DNA from: Bacilli bacterium
Lineage (GTDB): Bacteria > Bacillota_I > Bacilli_A > RFN20 > CAG-826
Reading direction: 5' to 3'
NCBI GenBank assembly: GCA_024409055.1
Contig: JAKSUL010000004.1
Coordinates: 4,010-68,009 of the forward strand
DNA: 64,000 bases
In this document: one piece after another, positions 17,755 through 26,532 of the stretch
How positions within the stretch are numbered: the first letter of the stretch is position 1
Layout: each line of letters begins with the position of its first letter
Notes under the pieces: model-generated
What the model saw: the letters and a program-made list of their open reading frames with translations, nothing else
Database searches by the model: none
Told to the model about the DNA's origin: nothing
Program-made: the position numbers and the translations under genes

Positions 17755-18440
17755 TGAAAAACAAATATTTGCAGTGCGCCTTAGTCCTCTCCTCAATCTG
17801 CGTCGTCTCGGCTGGCGCGATTGGTGCTTTGAATTATGTGGCCGAGGTTTATAAAGCCGAACATCAAACCGATGAAGCTCCGGCGACAATAACGGCCTTG
17901 GACAAAGACGCTCTTTTCCAAAAAGTTAAAGACTTCGTTCCGGTTAAAACTCTTGGTGTCACCATCAACGAGGTTTACAAGATGACCAAAGGAAATGCGT
18001 TCCTTGGCTATGCTTATGACGTTGATGGAGGAAGACCGGTCGGCAACAACCTTCTTTTCACCATTTCATTTACCGGTGCCATCACTCCGGAAACTAAAGG
18101 CAGCGTGAAACCGACCGCCATACATGTTGTGTCTGGCGGCGACGCTGGCTACACCGAAATCGTTCAGACGTATGGTGATATGGTCGTTAATGGCGAGGCC
18201 AATTTGGATGAGAACGTCAAGATTGCTCTTGGCTCAACCTCCAAATCTTCTACCGCCTTGCAGAAGGCCATCAAAATAGTTAGAGACGAATATTGCGATC
18301 GCATGAATGGCGGTCCAGCCAAAGAGGGGGCCTATATGCCTACCTTGGAAGATGAATGCAACGATTATTCGCTTCCTGTTTTTTCTAGCGATGCCGTCAC
18401 TTTCGATATGAGGACTGGCTTTGTCAGTTATCTTGGATAA
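17754..18440 (+). CDS. rnfG: Rnf complex subunit G (FMN-binding domain), divergent flavinylation motif
   Basis: N-terminal TM anchor and FMN_bind-like core, in the position between rnfD and rnfE. The expected (S/T)GAT(I/V)S motif reads LGSTSKSS. Confidence 0.8.
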   Translation: MKNKYLQCALVLSSICVVSAGAIGALNYVAEVYKAEHQTDEAPATITALDKDALFQKVKDFVPVKTLGVTINEVYKMTKGNAFLGYAYDVDGGRPVGNNLLFTISFTGAITPETKGSVKPTAIHVVSGGDAGYTEIVQTYGDMVVNGEANLDENVKIALGSTSKSSTALQKAIKIVRDEYCDRMNGGPAKEGAYMPTLEDECNDYSLPVFSSDAVTFDMRTGFVSYLG

Positions 18441-18456
18441 GGAGGAATTGGAAATC

Positions 18457-19221
18457 ATGGAAAAATCAAAAAAACTTCCGATCTTCTTAGACCCGCTCCT
18501 TAAGGCGAACCCGTTGTTCGTCATGGTGCTTGGAACCTGCCCGGCTCTTGCGGTTACAACTTCGTTTGAAGCCGCGATTGGCATGGGTATGTTGTTCACT
18601 TTTGTCGTCTTATTCTCCAACATTATCATCTCGGCCCTTCGTAAGGTTATCCCAGACGAAATAAGGACCCCGTGCTTCATCGTTGTTATCGCAACGTTCG
18701 TTACCATCGTTAAGATTCTTTCTTCAACTTTCCTTCCCGAACTCTATAGCACTTTGGGCGTCTTCGTTTCGCTCCTTGTCGTTAACTGTATTGTTTTAGG
18801 ACGTGCCGAAGCGTTTGCCTCTCAAAACACAGTCGTCGATTCGATTCTCGATGGCTTGGGAAACGGCGTCGGCTACACTTGGGCAATCGGTGCCATCGCC
18901 CTCGTTAGAGAAGTGTTAGGAACCGGCACTTTAACCTTCGGAAAAACATTTACGTTTATTCCGGAAACCACTCTTCCGATCTTAGCTAAATTCCCCGGAT
19001 CGACATTCTCTGCCGCGATGCCAGTGTTTAGATCCAATGCTGGTGGCTTCTTGGTTTTGGGCATTGCCCTTGCCATAATCGCCGCTATCGAAAACGAGAA
19101 GAAGCGCAAAGAGAAAGAAAAAGAAAAAGCCAAGGTGGCCGCTGCGAAGGCTGCCGCCGCTAAAGCCGCTGCCGCCAAAGCCATGGCTGCAAGCGAAGCC
19201 GCGGCTGAAGGAGGTAAATAA
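18457..19221 (+). CDS. rnfE: Rnf complex subunit E with Lys/Ala-rich C-terminal tail
   Basis: NqrD/RnfE pattern LLKANPLFVMVLGTCPALAVT and VNCIVLGRAEAFA. GGAGG RBS. The last 44 aa are low complexity (KKRKEKEKEKAKVAAAKAAAAKAAAAK...). Confidence 0.9.
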   Translation: MEKSKKLPIFLDPLLKANPLFVMVLGTCPALAVTTSFEAAIGMGMLFTFVVLFSNIIISALRKVIPDEIRTPCFIVVIATFVTIVKILSSTFLPELYSTLGVFVSLLVVNCIVLGRAEAFASQNTVVDSILDGLGNGVGYTWAIGAIALVREVLGTGTLTFGKTFTFIPETTLPILAKFPGSTFSAAMPVFRSNAGGFLVLGIALAIIAAIENEKKRKEKEKEKAKVAAAKAAAAKAAAAKAMAASEAAAEGGK

Positions 19222-19223
19222 TT

Positions 19224-19826
19224 ATGTCTTACATCATATCGTTTATCCTCGCCATCGTTTCCTACATGGTCATCGACAACGTCATTTTGTCGAGATACTT
19301 CGGAATCTGTTCCTTCATCGGTGTTTCCAACAAAATCAAATCGGCGGTTTCCATGGGCATTGCCGTTGCCTTCGTCACCATTTTGGCGGCCCTCGTTTGC
19401 TGGCCGATATACACCTTCATCTTGGTTCCGGCCAAGATGGAATACATGGAGACAATTGTTTTCATCCTCGTCATTGCCTCTTTGGTTCAGATCGTCGGAT
19501 ACTTCATCAAAAAGAAATCCCCGACCTTATATAGAAGCCTCGGCATCTACCTCCCGCTTATCACGACCAACTGCGCGGTCTTGGGCGTCGTCGAAAGCAA
19601 CATGGCCTTCGACTTTGGGCGTTCAATGGCTAACGCGATTGGTACGTCTTTAGGCTTCATCCTCGTCATCTTCCTCTTCGCTTGCATTAGGGGACGCCTT
19701 GAATCTTCTAATACCCCGAAAGCCTTCAAAGGAGTTCCGATCGCTCTTATAGTCGCCGGCATCATGGCCATTGTCTTCATGGGCTTAAGCGGACTTATTG
19801 ATCTCGGAAGCTGGGGGGTCATCTGA
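19224..19826 (+). CDS. rnfA: Rnf complex subunit A
   Basis: NqrE/RnfA pattern LGICSF-like FGICSFIGVS and ITTNCAVLGV. 200 aa. Confidence 0.9.
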   Translation: MSYIISFILAIVSYMVIDNVILSRYFGICSFIGVSNKIKSAVSMGIAVAFVTILAALVCWPIYTFILVPAKMEYMETIVFILVIASLVQIVGYFIKKKSPTLYRSLGIYLPLITTNCAVLGVVESNMAFDFGRSMANAIGTSLGFILVIFLFACIRGRLESSNTPKAFKGVPIALIVAGIMAIVFMGLSGLIDLGSWGVI

Positions 19827-20062
19827 TGCCCCGAGAGGCATATATAGCCATTGCGATTGCTATAGTGGTCGCTCTTGTAGCCATCTTCGTTATCTCGTTT
19901 GTGGTTTACGTTAAAACGCCGGCCCCAAAGGGATGCGAGAAAAAAAGAGGACCTAATTGCGAAAATTGCGAACAAGCGAGCTGCCGTTTCTATTCTTACG
20001 CTGAGGAGCGTGAAGAAGCGAAAAAGAAAGCCGCCGAAACAAATAGAAAGGACCAACAATAA
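19826..20062 (+). CDS. small Cys-rich membrane protein embedded in the rnf operon
   Basis: One TM helix (IAIAIAIVVALVAIFVISFVVYV), then CEKKRGPNCENCEQASC (C-x8-C-x2-C-x4-C) and a charged tail. The start overlaps the rnfA stop by 1 nt, and the stop overlaps the rnfB ATG by 1 nt. Confidence 0.55.
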   Translation: MPREAYIAIAIAIVVALVAIFVISFVVYVKTPAPKGCEKKRGPNCENCEQASCRFYSYAEEREEAKKKAAETNRKDQQ

Positions 20063-20388
20063 TGGACGCTATGAACATCTTATGGGCCGTTCTCCTTATG
20101 GTGGGGCTCGGCATAGTATTCGCCTTACTCTTAGTTTTGTTTTCCAAGATTTTCTACGTCGAAGAAGATAAGAGAATCGACGCTGTTGAAAAGATGCTCC
20201 CCAATTACAATTGTGGCGCTTGCGGAAAAGCTGGGTGCCGCGATTTGGCGGAAGCAATCGTTAATGGCGAAGTGAAAAAAGTCTCGACTTGCAAAGCCGG
20301 AAAGAAAGACAAGAACTATGACCCAATCATCGCTTACCTATCTTCTACGCCAGGTCCGGACGGAAAGACGATAAATATCGACTTATAA
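20062..20388 (+). CDS. rnfB: minimal RnfB-like protein (TM anchor plus N-terminal Fe-S domain only)
   Basis: N-terminal TM helix and the CGACGKAGCRDLAEAI...C putative Fe-S domain typical of the RnfB N-terminus. Only 108 aa, with no ferredoxin-type CxxCxxCxxxCP motifs. Confidence 0.7.
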   Translation: MDAMNILWAVLLMVGLGIVFALLLVLFSKIFYVEEDKRIDAVEKMLPNYNCGACGKAGCRDLAEAIVNGEVKKVSTCKAGKKDKNYDPIIAYLSSTPGPDGKTINIDL

Positions 20389-20393
20389 GAATT

Positions 20394-20419
20394 AGGGCAC
20401 ATATGTGCCCTTTCTTTTC
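20394..20419 (+). terminator. rho-independent terminator after rnfB
   Basis: Perfect palindrome AGGGCACAT/ATGTGCCCT (20394-20411), followed by TTTCTTTTCC. Confidence 0.6.
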
Positions 20420-20455
20420 CTTGTTGACGACTTTGACCGTTCGTATGATAAGAAT

Positions 20456-21478
20456 ATGAAACTCAAGAAGACCTTAATCATCTTGTTACCTCTAATACTC
20501 TCGAGCTGTGGGAATGAAGAGGTTAAATATTATCAAGGTTTTGATTATGGAATTTTTCATTCTTTCGTCTCTTGGACATATGGGGCGAAAGGAGAAGATT
20601 TCAGCAATGAGATAACTTCTTATTTGGAACGTCTTGATGATTTGTCCGACCCTTATTATCCAATGGCGGGCGAAGCGAATTTATTCTCATTAAATGAATC
20701 TAGTGATTGGGTTGCAGTGGACCCCGTGCTTTATGATTTGCTTAAAACCGCGACTGATTTAAAAGAAAAAACTGAAGGTTACTTCGACCCTTATATCGGT
20801 AAGTTAACAAAGCTTTGGAAGAATACTCTTTTTGGAGAAGAGGAAGACATCTTTCCGACCCAAGAAGAGATAGACGAGGCCGCTACAAAAGTTCCGGAGT
20901 TACTAGAAGAAGCGAATTCTTTTAGCCTTTCATTTGATGAAGAGAATAAAAAAGTAAAACGAAACGGAACAGCCCACATTGATTTAGGCGGCTTGGTAAA
21001 GGGATATGCCGTTGAACAAATTGAAAAGATCATGAGCGCTCATGGCTCAACTATTTATAACATCAACGGGGGACAGAGCTCCGTTGGCTTAGGAAATACC
21101 AAATCCGGCAAACCGTTTACCGTATCGGTGATGTATAGCAAAGTCGAAGGGGAAAACACCTTTAAGTTTAAGGAAAAAGACACATCTGGTTCTGGTGTAT
21201 ACGAACAACAATATAGGCTTAACGGAAAGATATATAACCACATCGTTAATCCGAAGACGGGGATGCCTTTATCAGACTATTCTATGGCGTTTTTGGTGGG
21301 GGATGATTCCTCCGTTATCGACGCTTTCGCGACCGCGTGTATGCTGGCTGGCCCAGATAAGGCGAATGAGTGGTCTAAGAAATACGACTTTTACTATTCT
21401 TTATATAAAGACAAAGACGGTTACACGGATTTCGTTTCCGAATCTAGCGAATTAACCGCAATGAGAGCAAATGGCTGA
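20456..21478 (+). CDS. apbE: FAD:protein FMN transferase (ApbE family) lipoprotein
   Basis: Lipobox LPLILSSC-GNE. ApbE-like core (DPYIGKL, HIDLGGLVKGYAV, NHIVNPKTG, DAFATA). The 20405 extension in the track would run through the rnfB terminator. Confidence 0.85.
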   Translation: MKLKKTLIILLPLILSSCGNEEVKYYQGFDYGIFHSFVSWTYGAKGEDFSNEITSYLERLDDLSDPYYPMAGEANLFSLNESSDWVAVDPVLYDLLKTATDLKEKTEGYFDPYIGKLTKLWKNTLFGEEEDIFPTQEEIDEAATKVPELLEEANSFSLSFDEENKKVKRNGTAHIDLGGLVKGYAVEQIEKIMSAHGSTIYNINGGQSSVGLGNTKSGKPFTVSVMYSKVEGENTFKFKEKDTSGSGVYEQQYRLNGKIYNHIVNPKTGMPLSDYSMAFLVGDDSSVIDAFATACMLAGPDKANEWSKKYDFYYSLYKDKDGYTDFVSESSELTAMRANG

Positions 21479-21923
21479 CGTAGAGAAGAAGGAAAAAACC
21501 AAGAAATTCTTCCTGAGGCATATTTGGGATTTTGTTTTGCTCGTGGCTTTATCGTTAGGCACCGCCTCGGTTTTCATTGCTAGATCAATAAACGAGCAAA
21601 GAAAAGAAGAGGATGCCTTAGTGGCCACGGTTTATAAGAACAACCAAAAAATGGAGATAAAAGACGAGCACGGAAAATCAGTCAATCCGTTTGTTCTATC
21701 GACTATTAATGACGAAAAGCACTTCACGATAGAAGGCAGCAAAACCGATTTGGTTATTGCCGTCAAACATAATTCCATCTGCGTTTATAGTTCAAACTGT
21801 CCTGGGCAAGAATGTGTCCATGAGGGTTGGGTTTCCCATCCGAATCATCCGATCATCTGCGCCTACAACGAAATATTTATCGAAATAATCTCCCATAGTT
21901 GGGAAGAGATCATAGTTGGGTGA
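21471..21923 (+). CDS. NusG-domain-II-like (DUF1312-type) membrane-anchored protein
   Basis: N-terminal TM helix, a beta-rich body, and a CPGQECVHEGW motif. Overlaps the apbE stop by 8 nt. Family call from recollection. Confidence 0.5.
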   Translation: MADVEKKEKTKKFFLRHIWDFVLLVALSLGTASVFIARSINEQRKEEDALVATVYKNNQKMEIKDEHGKSVNPFVLSTINDEKHFTIEGSKTDLVIAVKHNSICVYSSNCPGQECVHEGWVSHPNHPIICAYNEIFIEIISHSWEEIIVG

Positions 21924-21927
21924 GTTT

Positions 21928-22476
21928 ATGGACACGAAAGCGCGTATTAAAAAACTCACGATGGTCGCCATTTTGCTAGCGATGGCGTTGGTTTTAAGTA
22001 TTGTCGAAAGCTTCATTCCATTTGGAATACCAGGAGTCAAATTGGGGCTAGCCAATCTCATTATCCTGTTATCTATTTATTACTTTGGATTCTGGATTCC
22101 TCTTGCCATCGACATCCTTAGAGTATTCATTGCCTCGATTGTGACGGGGACCTTCCTCGGAATGGGCTTTGTTATGTCCATATCTGGGGCTATTGCGAGC
22201 TTTTTATTGATGTACGTCTTCGTTAGATGGATCAAATGCTTCACTAGCGTCGGAGCCTCGATAATTGGGGCATACGTGCATGCGCTTGCCCAGATTCTTA
22301 TTGGCGTCCTTTACATGAATTCATGGGGAATTTTCTATTATTTCCCCGTTATGGCGTTAGTTGCTTTGATAACTGGCACGGTCAACGGAATCATCGTAGA
22401 AGTGCTTCTAAACAATTCTTATTTGAATAAAGTCGTGGCTTCGACGAAAAAACAGGCAGAAACTTCCTCGAATTAA
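21928..22476 (+). CDS. Gx transporter family protein (heptaprenyl-diphosphate-synthase-component-I-like membrane protein)
   Basis: LTMVAILLAMALVLSIVESFIPFGIPGVKLGLANLIILL is typical of this family. Five to six predicted TM segments. Confidence 0.65.
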   Translation: MDTKARIKKLTMVAILLAMALVLSIVESFIPFGIPGVKLGLANLIILLSIYYFGFWIPLAIDILRVFIASIVTGTFLGMGFVMSISGAIASFLLMYVFVRWIKCFTSVGASIIGAYVHALAQILIGVLYMNSWGIFYYFPVMALVALITGTVNGIIVEVLLNNSYLNKVVASTKKQAETSSN

Positions 22477-22500
22477 TTTTCGCTATGTTTTAGCTGGTTT

Positions 22501-23268
22501 TTATTTGGTCGCGTTTTTCATCGTGATGTCCACGACTACGTCTTCGCTTCCCATAACAAATGAAGCGGTTGTTTTCATCCAATTATTAACGCTTGATTCA
22601 ATCGTATTTCCGTAAAGAGATGCCGTTCCTATCTTTGCGGAATATGAATAGAACCCATTGAGGTAATTGTCCATGTCTTCGCCTTGAATAAGATAAGAAA
22701 CCCACGATCCTTCGATCATCTGAGCCTGATGGTTTCCTTTTGTTCGGAAACAGGAATCGAGGTTTGAACCAGTGATTTCTAACCCCCCATCATCTGCGGG
22801 TGTTGTTTCGTCGACGATATTTAGGCTAACGTTGTGAAGCTTTGCCCCGTCCACGGCTTTTGATACAACATCGATACTCACCTTAGAATTTGGCTGCTTG
22901 TACGAGCAATATTTGAATCCTTTTAAGGAAAGAGGGCCGTTGTATGTTTCAAACACATCTTGGTCTGTTCCTGTTTGAGCCTCGTATTTTTCGCCGTTGA
23001 TGATCATGTGATCCAATTCGTTGGATCCCATGAACGACGGAACTAGATATACGATGTCGTTAACTTTCGGCGTATACACGTATGCTCCGTTTTGGATGCG
23101 GCTAAGAACCGATACGCCTAGGAGGTTCTCGTCGCTTTGATAATTCACGACGACTCCTTCGAAAACGGAAGCTCCGATCTCGACTGATTCGTTCATGCTC
23201 GATGATGTGTTTTGTGCCCCGCAGGAGATTAGCGCGAAGGCTGAAATTAGTATGATTTTAGATTTCAT
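22501..23268 (-). CDS. hypothetical lipoprotein
   Basis: AGGAG RBS before the ATG at 23268. Lipobox SAFALISC-GAQ. No domain recognised. Confidence 0.65.
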   Translation of the reverse strand: MKSKIILISAFALISCGAQNTSSSMNESVEIGASVFEGVVVNYQSDENLLGVSVLSRIQNGAYVYTPKVNDIVYLVPSFMGSNELDHMIINGEKYEAQTGTDQDVFETYNGPLSLKGFKYCSYKQPNSKVSIDVVSKAVDGAKLHNVSLNIVDETTPADDGGLEITGSNLDSCFRTKGNHQAQMIEGSWVSYLIQGEDMDNYLNGFYSYSAKIGTASLYGNTIESSVNNWMKTTASFVMGSEDVVVDITMKNATK

Positions 23269-23394
23269 TGTTTTTCTCCTTTCTGGATCAAATCCATCCA
23301 CACCCTTACTATACAAGTAAGGACGATGAAGGCGCAAAAGAAACGATAATAGAATTTTTCCCCCTCATTGCTAAACTATAAGCGACATTAGTTT

Positions 23395-26385
23395 ATGAAA
23401 GAAAAAGACAGGTTCATTCAAATTGCCGGCGGTGGCAAAAAGATGAATGGCGAAATCAAACGCTTGGAAGAAATAAAGCCCCTTTCTTTTACTCATTTCT
23501 CCCTTAAAGAAGGCGGAGAACCTGTTTTTGCTAGAGAAGAAAAAAGCGAAGAAGAACTATACGCGAATTATCTTCGCGAAAAGGAAGAAGTTAAACTTCG
23601 CTTAAAACCGTTTTTGGCTAAGTATTCTCCCAATGTTTCTTGCAAAAAGATCGAAATAAACGATTTCTTATATAGAAAAGAGACCGAAGAAGATAAAAAG
23701 GATTTCTCTTTAGTTCTAAATAAACAAGGAAAATGGGAAAAGGTCAAAACCCCACATTACATAGGGGTTACCGGCAAGTGGAATTGCTTCTATATAACCA
23801 GTCTTTCCATCGATTCGCTTGATGACGATAAGCGTTTTATTTTGATGTTTGAAAGCGTCGACTACATTTGCGATGTCTACGTGAATGGAAGGATGGTGTA
23901 TAGCCATACCGGCTTCTTCGCTCCGTTTGAAGTCGATGTGACCGATTACGTCAATGAAGGCGAAAATAAGCTCCTTTTGGTGATTCATAACGATTTGACC
24001 ACCAATGGGATCCAGGTTAGCGGATCTATCCATCACGGCAATAAGATTTACGCTTGCACCAACATTGGATATGATGAACCGAATTTAGGCTGGCATCATT
24101 GCCCGGCCGGTGCCGGAATCATCGGAAGAATCTATTTATTAAAATCCCCGCTTCAGAGAGTGAGAGATTGTTTTGTTCGCCCAAATATCAATACAGGCGA
24201 AATAACGGTCGAAACCACGGTTGAGAATTACACCGATTCAAAAATAGATTTGGATGTGTTCTATTCGGTTGATGGCAGGAACTTCAAAGAGGCTTCTTTA
24301 TCAAACATCAAAGGCACATCAGACTCTTTCCAAATTGGATCTAACCATTTAAAAGAAACGCTACGTATACCTTCTTTCCGCTTGTGGACGTTAGACGAAC
24401 CATATCTATACGACATTATGGTCCAATTAAAAGACAAAGACGGAAAGCTGATTGATACATTTCAAACTCATTTCGGATTCCGTGAATTCAAGATGGATTT
24501 AGAATCCAAACCTCTTAAAGGCGCGTTCTTCTTTAACGGCAAGAGAATAATGCTCCGCGGCACGAATGAGATGGGGCATCTCCCAAGAGCTGTCATGGAA
24601 AACAACTTCGATCAGTTGGTTGATGATATCGCGGCCGCTAAAGTGGCGGGTTTGAATTTCTACCGCATGACTCAGAGGCCAACCCTACCTCAGATATACG
24701 ACTACTTTGATATGATGGGCATGCTTTGCCAAAGCGATTTCCCTCTCTTTTCCTATTTGACCGACGGAGCTCTTGGCGAAGCCTATAAACAAGTCGATGA
24801 AATGGAAAGGCTGACTAGAAACCACCCTTCCGTCATTTTAGAAACGTTCTGCAATGAAACCCTCGATAAAACCGCTTGGGGAAAAGAACAATATGTTCTT
24901 TCTCGTTACGATATCGAAAAGTTCTTTGATATCGCAAAAGGAATCGTCCTTCTTTTAAATCCGGACAGGGTCATCAAGTATTCCGAAGGGGATTACGCCC
25001 CATTAAAAGAGACGTATGGCATAAGCGATTTCCATTGCTATACCTATTGGTACATTTCACACGGACTCCCATCAGGGAAACTAAGAAAAGGATATTTGCC
25101 CCCGATTCGCAAAGACTATATGTGTGGATGCGGTGAGTTTGGCGTCGATGGCTTAGATAGCCTCGAGATAATGAAAAAATACGCCCCCAAGGAATGGCTC
25201 CCCAAGAAACTCGATGATCCTTGGAGTCCGAAGGTTATCGCAAAAGAACAATGCTATGTCCTTCATGGCGATTTCTTTCCGGAACAAAACACCATCGAAG
25301 AATGGATCAATGCTTCTAGGCAATTCCAAAAGGAAGCAATCAAGGAATACGTGCATTCATTGAGGCTTAGAAGCGATTATTTAGAGTCGACCGCCGTCCA
25401 TCTTTTAATAGACGCTTGGCCGATGGGCTGGACCAAAACACTAATCGATGTCGATAGAAAACCAAAGCCGGCTTTCTATGCCTTCCAAGAAGCAAATATT
25501 CCACTTAGGGTCTCTTTAAGGCGTGACCAGTTTGTCATTTACCAAAAAGATAAAGCGGCGGTGGAGATCTATGCTTATAACGATTTCCCAGAAGACAAGG
25601 AAGTTGAGTTCCGGGTGTCTATTCATTATGGGGACACCATTCAAACTTATTCGGGAAAAGGAATTGCTAAATCCGTAGGAACTACGTATTTGGGCGAAGT
25701 TGTCGTTAAGAGCGAGGCCGGGTATTTGGGAGAAGTAAAAGTAATTTCCGAAATGACGTGCGATGGAAAAACCACGTATGACGAAGTTTCGCTCGAAATA
25801 AAGCCAAACGAGAAAAAGGCAAATAAAACCCCGTTGATTCTTTCGTCTTCTTTGGAATGTCTAAAATCTATTTGCGAAGGCCCAACCGATGACAATCAGA
25901 TATTCGTTGATAGGGACTACTTTGTTGAGCATCAAGAGGAATTAGAAGAAAAAGCTTCCCTTGGCGCGACGGTTTTCGTCAACATGACGTACCCGATGAA
26001 TGTTCTGGGCAAAGACATATCTTTCAGGGTTCACACGTTGGAAGAAGAGGTGAGGGCCAACAACCTCATTTATCCATCTTTTTCCTGCGAATATACAAAA
26101 GAATTCGGCTTGTTGGATTTTAAAAATTTCTATAACACCAAAGCCGGGTATCAAGATTTAACCGCTTGGTTTAAGTTTTATTATCCTGGCGCCGAAGAGA
26201 TTCTTTATACCCTCGAGGACACCCCCGAAGAGCAATATAGGCTCCATAAAAAGCACAAGTTAATCATGGGCTCCGTCAAACACGGCAAAGGCCAAATCAT
26301 AATATCCACTTTGTCTTCTTTGGATGGCTGTGTTGGCTATAACCCGGTTCTAGATCGCCTTTTCAAAAACATCATTGAAAAATAA
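23395..26385 (+). CDS. glycoside hydrolase family 2-like enzyme (specificity unknown)
   Basis: GH2 sugar-binding signature (FESVDYICDVYVNGRMVYSHTGFFAPFEVDVTDYV..NKLLLVIHN). The TIM-barrel region has FYRMTQRP and the acid/base-like FCNETLD. The start is uncertain (23395 or 23443). Confidence 0.75.
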   Translation: MKEKDRFIQIAGGGKKMNGEIKRLEEIKPLSFTHFSLKEGGEPVFAREEKSEEELYANYLREKEEVKLRLKPFLAKYSPNVSCKKIEINDFLYRKETEEDKKDFSLVLNKQGKWEKVKTPHYIGVTGKWNCFYITSLSIDSLDDDKRFILMFESVDYICDVYVNGRMVYSHTGFFAPFEVDVTDYVNEGENKLLLVIHNDLTTNGIQVSGSIHHGNKIYACTNIGYDEPNLGWHHCPAGAGIIGRIYLLKSPLQRVRDCFVRPNINTGEITVETTVENYTDSKIDLDVFYSVDGRNFKEASLSNIKGTSDSFQIGSNHLKETLRIPSFRLWTLDEPYLYDIMVQLKDKDGKLIDTFQTHFGFREFKMDLESKPLKGAFFFNGKRIMLRGTNEMGHLPRAVMENNFDQLVDDIAAAKVAGLNFYRMTQRPTLPQIYDYFDMMGMLCQSDFPLFSYLTDGALGEAYKQVDEMERLTRNHPSVILETFCNETLDKTAWGKEQYVLSRYDIEKFFDIAKGIVLLLNPDRVIKYSEGDYAPLKETYGISDFHCYTYWYISHGLPSGKLRKGYLPPIRKDYMCGCGEFGVDGLDSLEIMKKYAPKEWLPKKLDDPWSPKVIAKEQCYVLHGDFFPEQNTIEEWINASRQFQKEAIKEYVHSLRLRSDYLESTAVHLLIDAWPMGWTKTLIDVDRKPKPAFYAFQEANIPLRVSLRRDQFVIYQKDKAAVEIYAYNDFPEDKEVEFRVSIHYGDTIQTYSGKGIAKSVGTTYLGEVVVKSEAGYLGEVKVISEMTCDGKTTYDEVSLEIKPNEKKANKTPLILSSSLECLKSICEGPTDDNQIFVDRDYFVEHQEELEEKASLGATVFVNMTYPMNVLGKDISFRVHTLEEEVRANNLIYPSFSCEYTKEFGLLDFKNFYNTKAGYQDLTAWFKFYYPGAEEILYTLEDTPEEQYRLHKKHKLIMGSVKHGKGQIIISTLSSLDGCVGYNPVLDRLFKNIIEK

Positions 26386-26532
26386 CAAACGCGACCCCCC
26401 TTTGTTTTAAGGGAAGTCACGTTTTTTGAATTTAAGGGATAATTTGCAAAATTATTCTTTTGTAAAAACGCTTACATTCGTTTACGATAATCTCAACTAA
26501 CGCATAGGAGGCCCTATAAGGGCATTATCTAC

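Noticed and set aside
18873-19184. 103-aa minus-strand Ala-rich ORF
   Set aside because: It is the antisense reading of the GCN-rich Lys/Ala tail of rnfE, an artefact of the low-complexity repeat.
20405-20455. Upstream extension of apbE (track start 20405), and similarly 188..253, 4965..5009, 22501..23337, 44781..44831 and 46766..46801
   Set aside because: The extensions run through terminator hairpins (20394-20411; 46750-46777) or precede obvious signal-peptide or Rossmann starts. Internal ATG/GTG starts give canonical N-termini.
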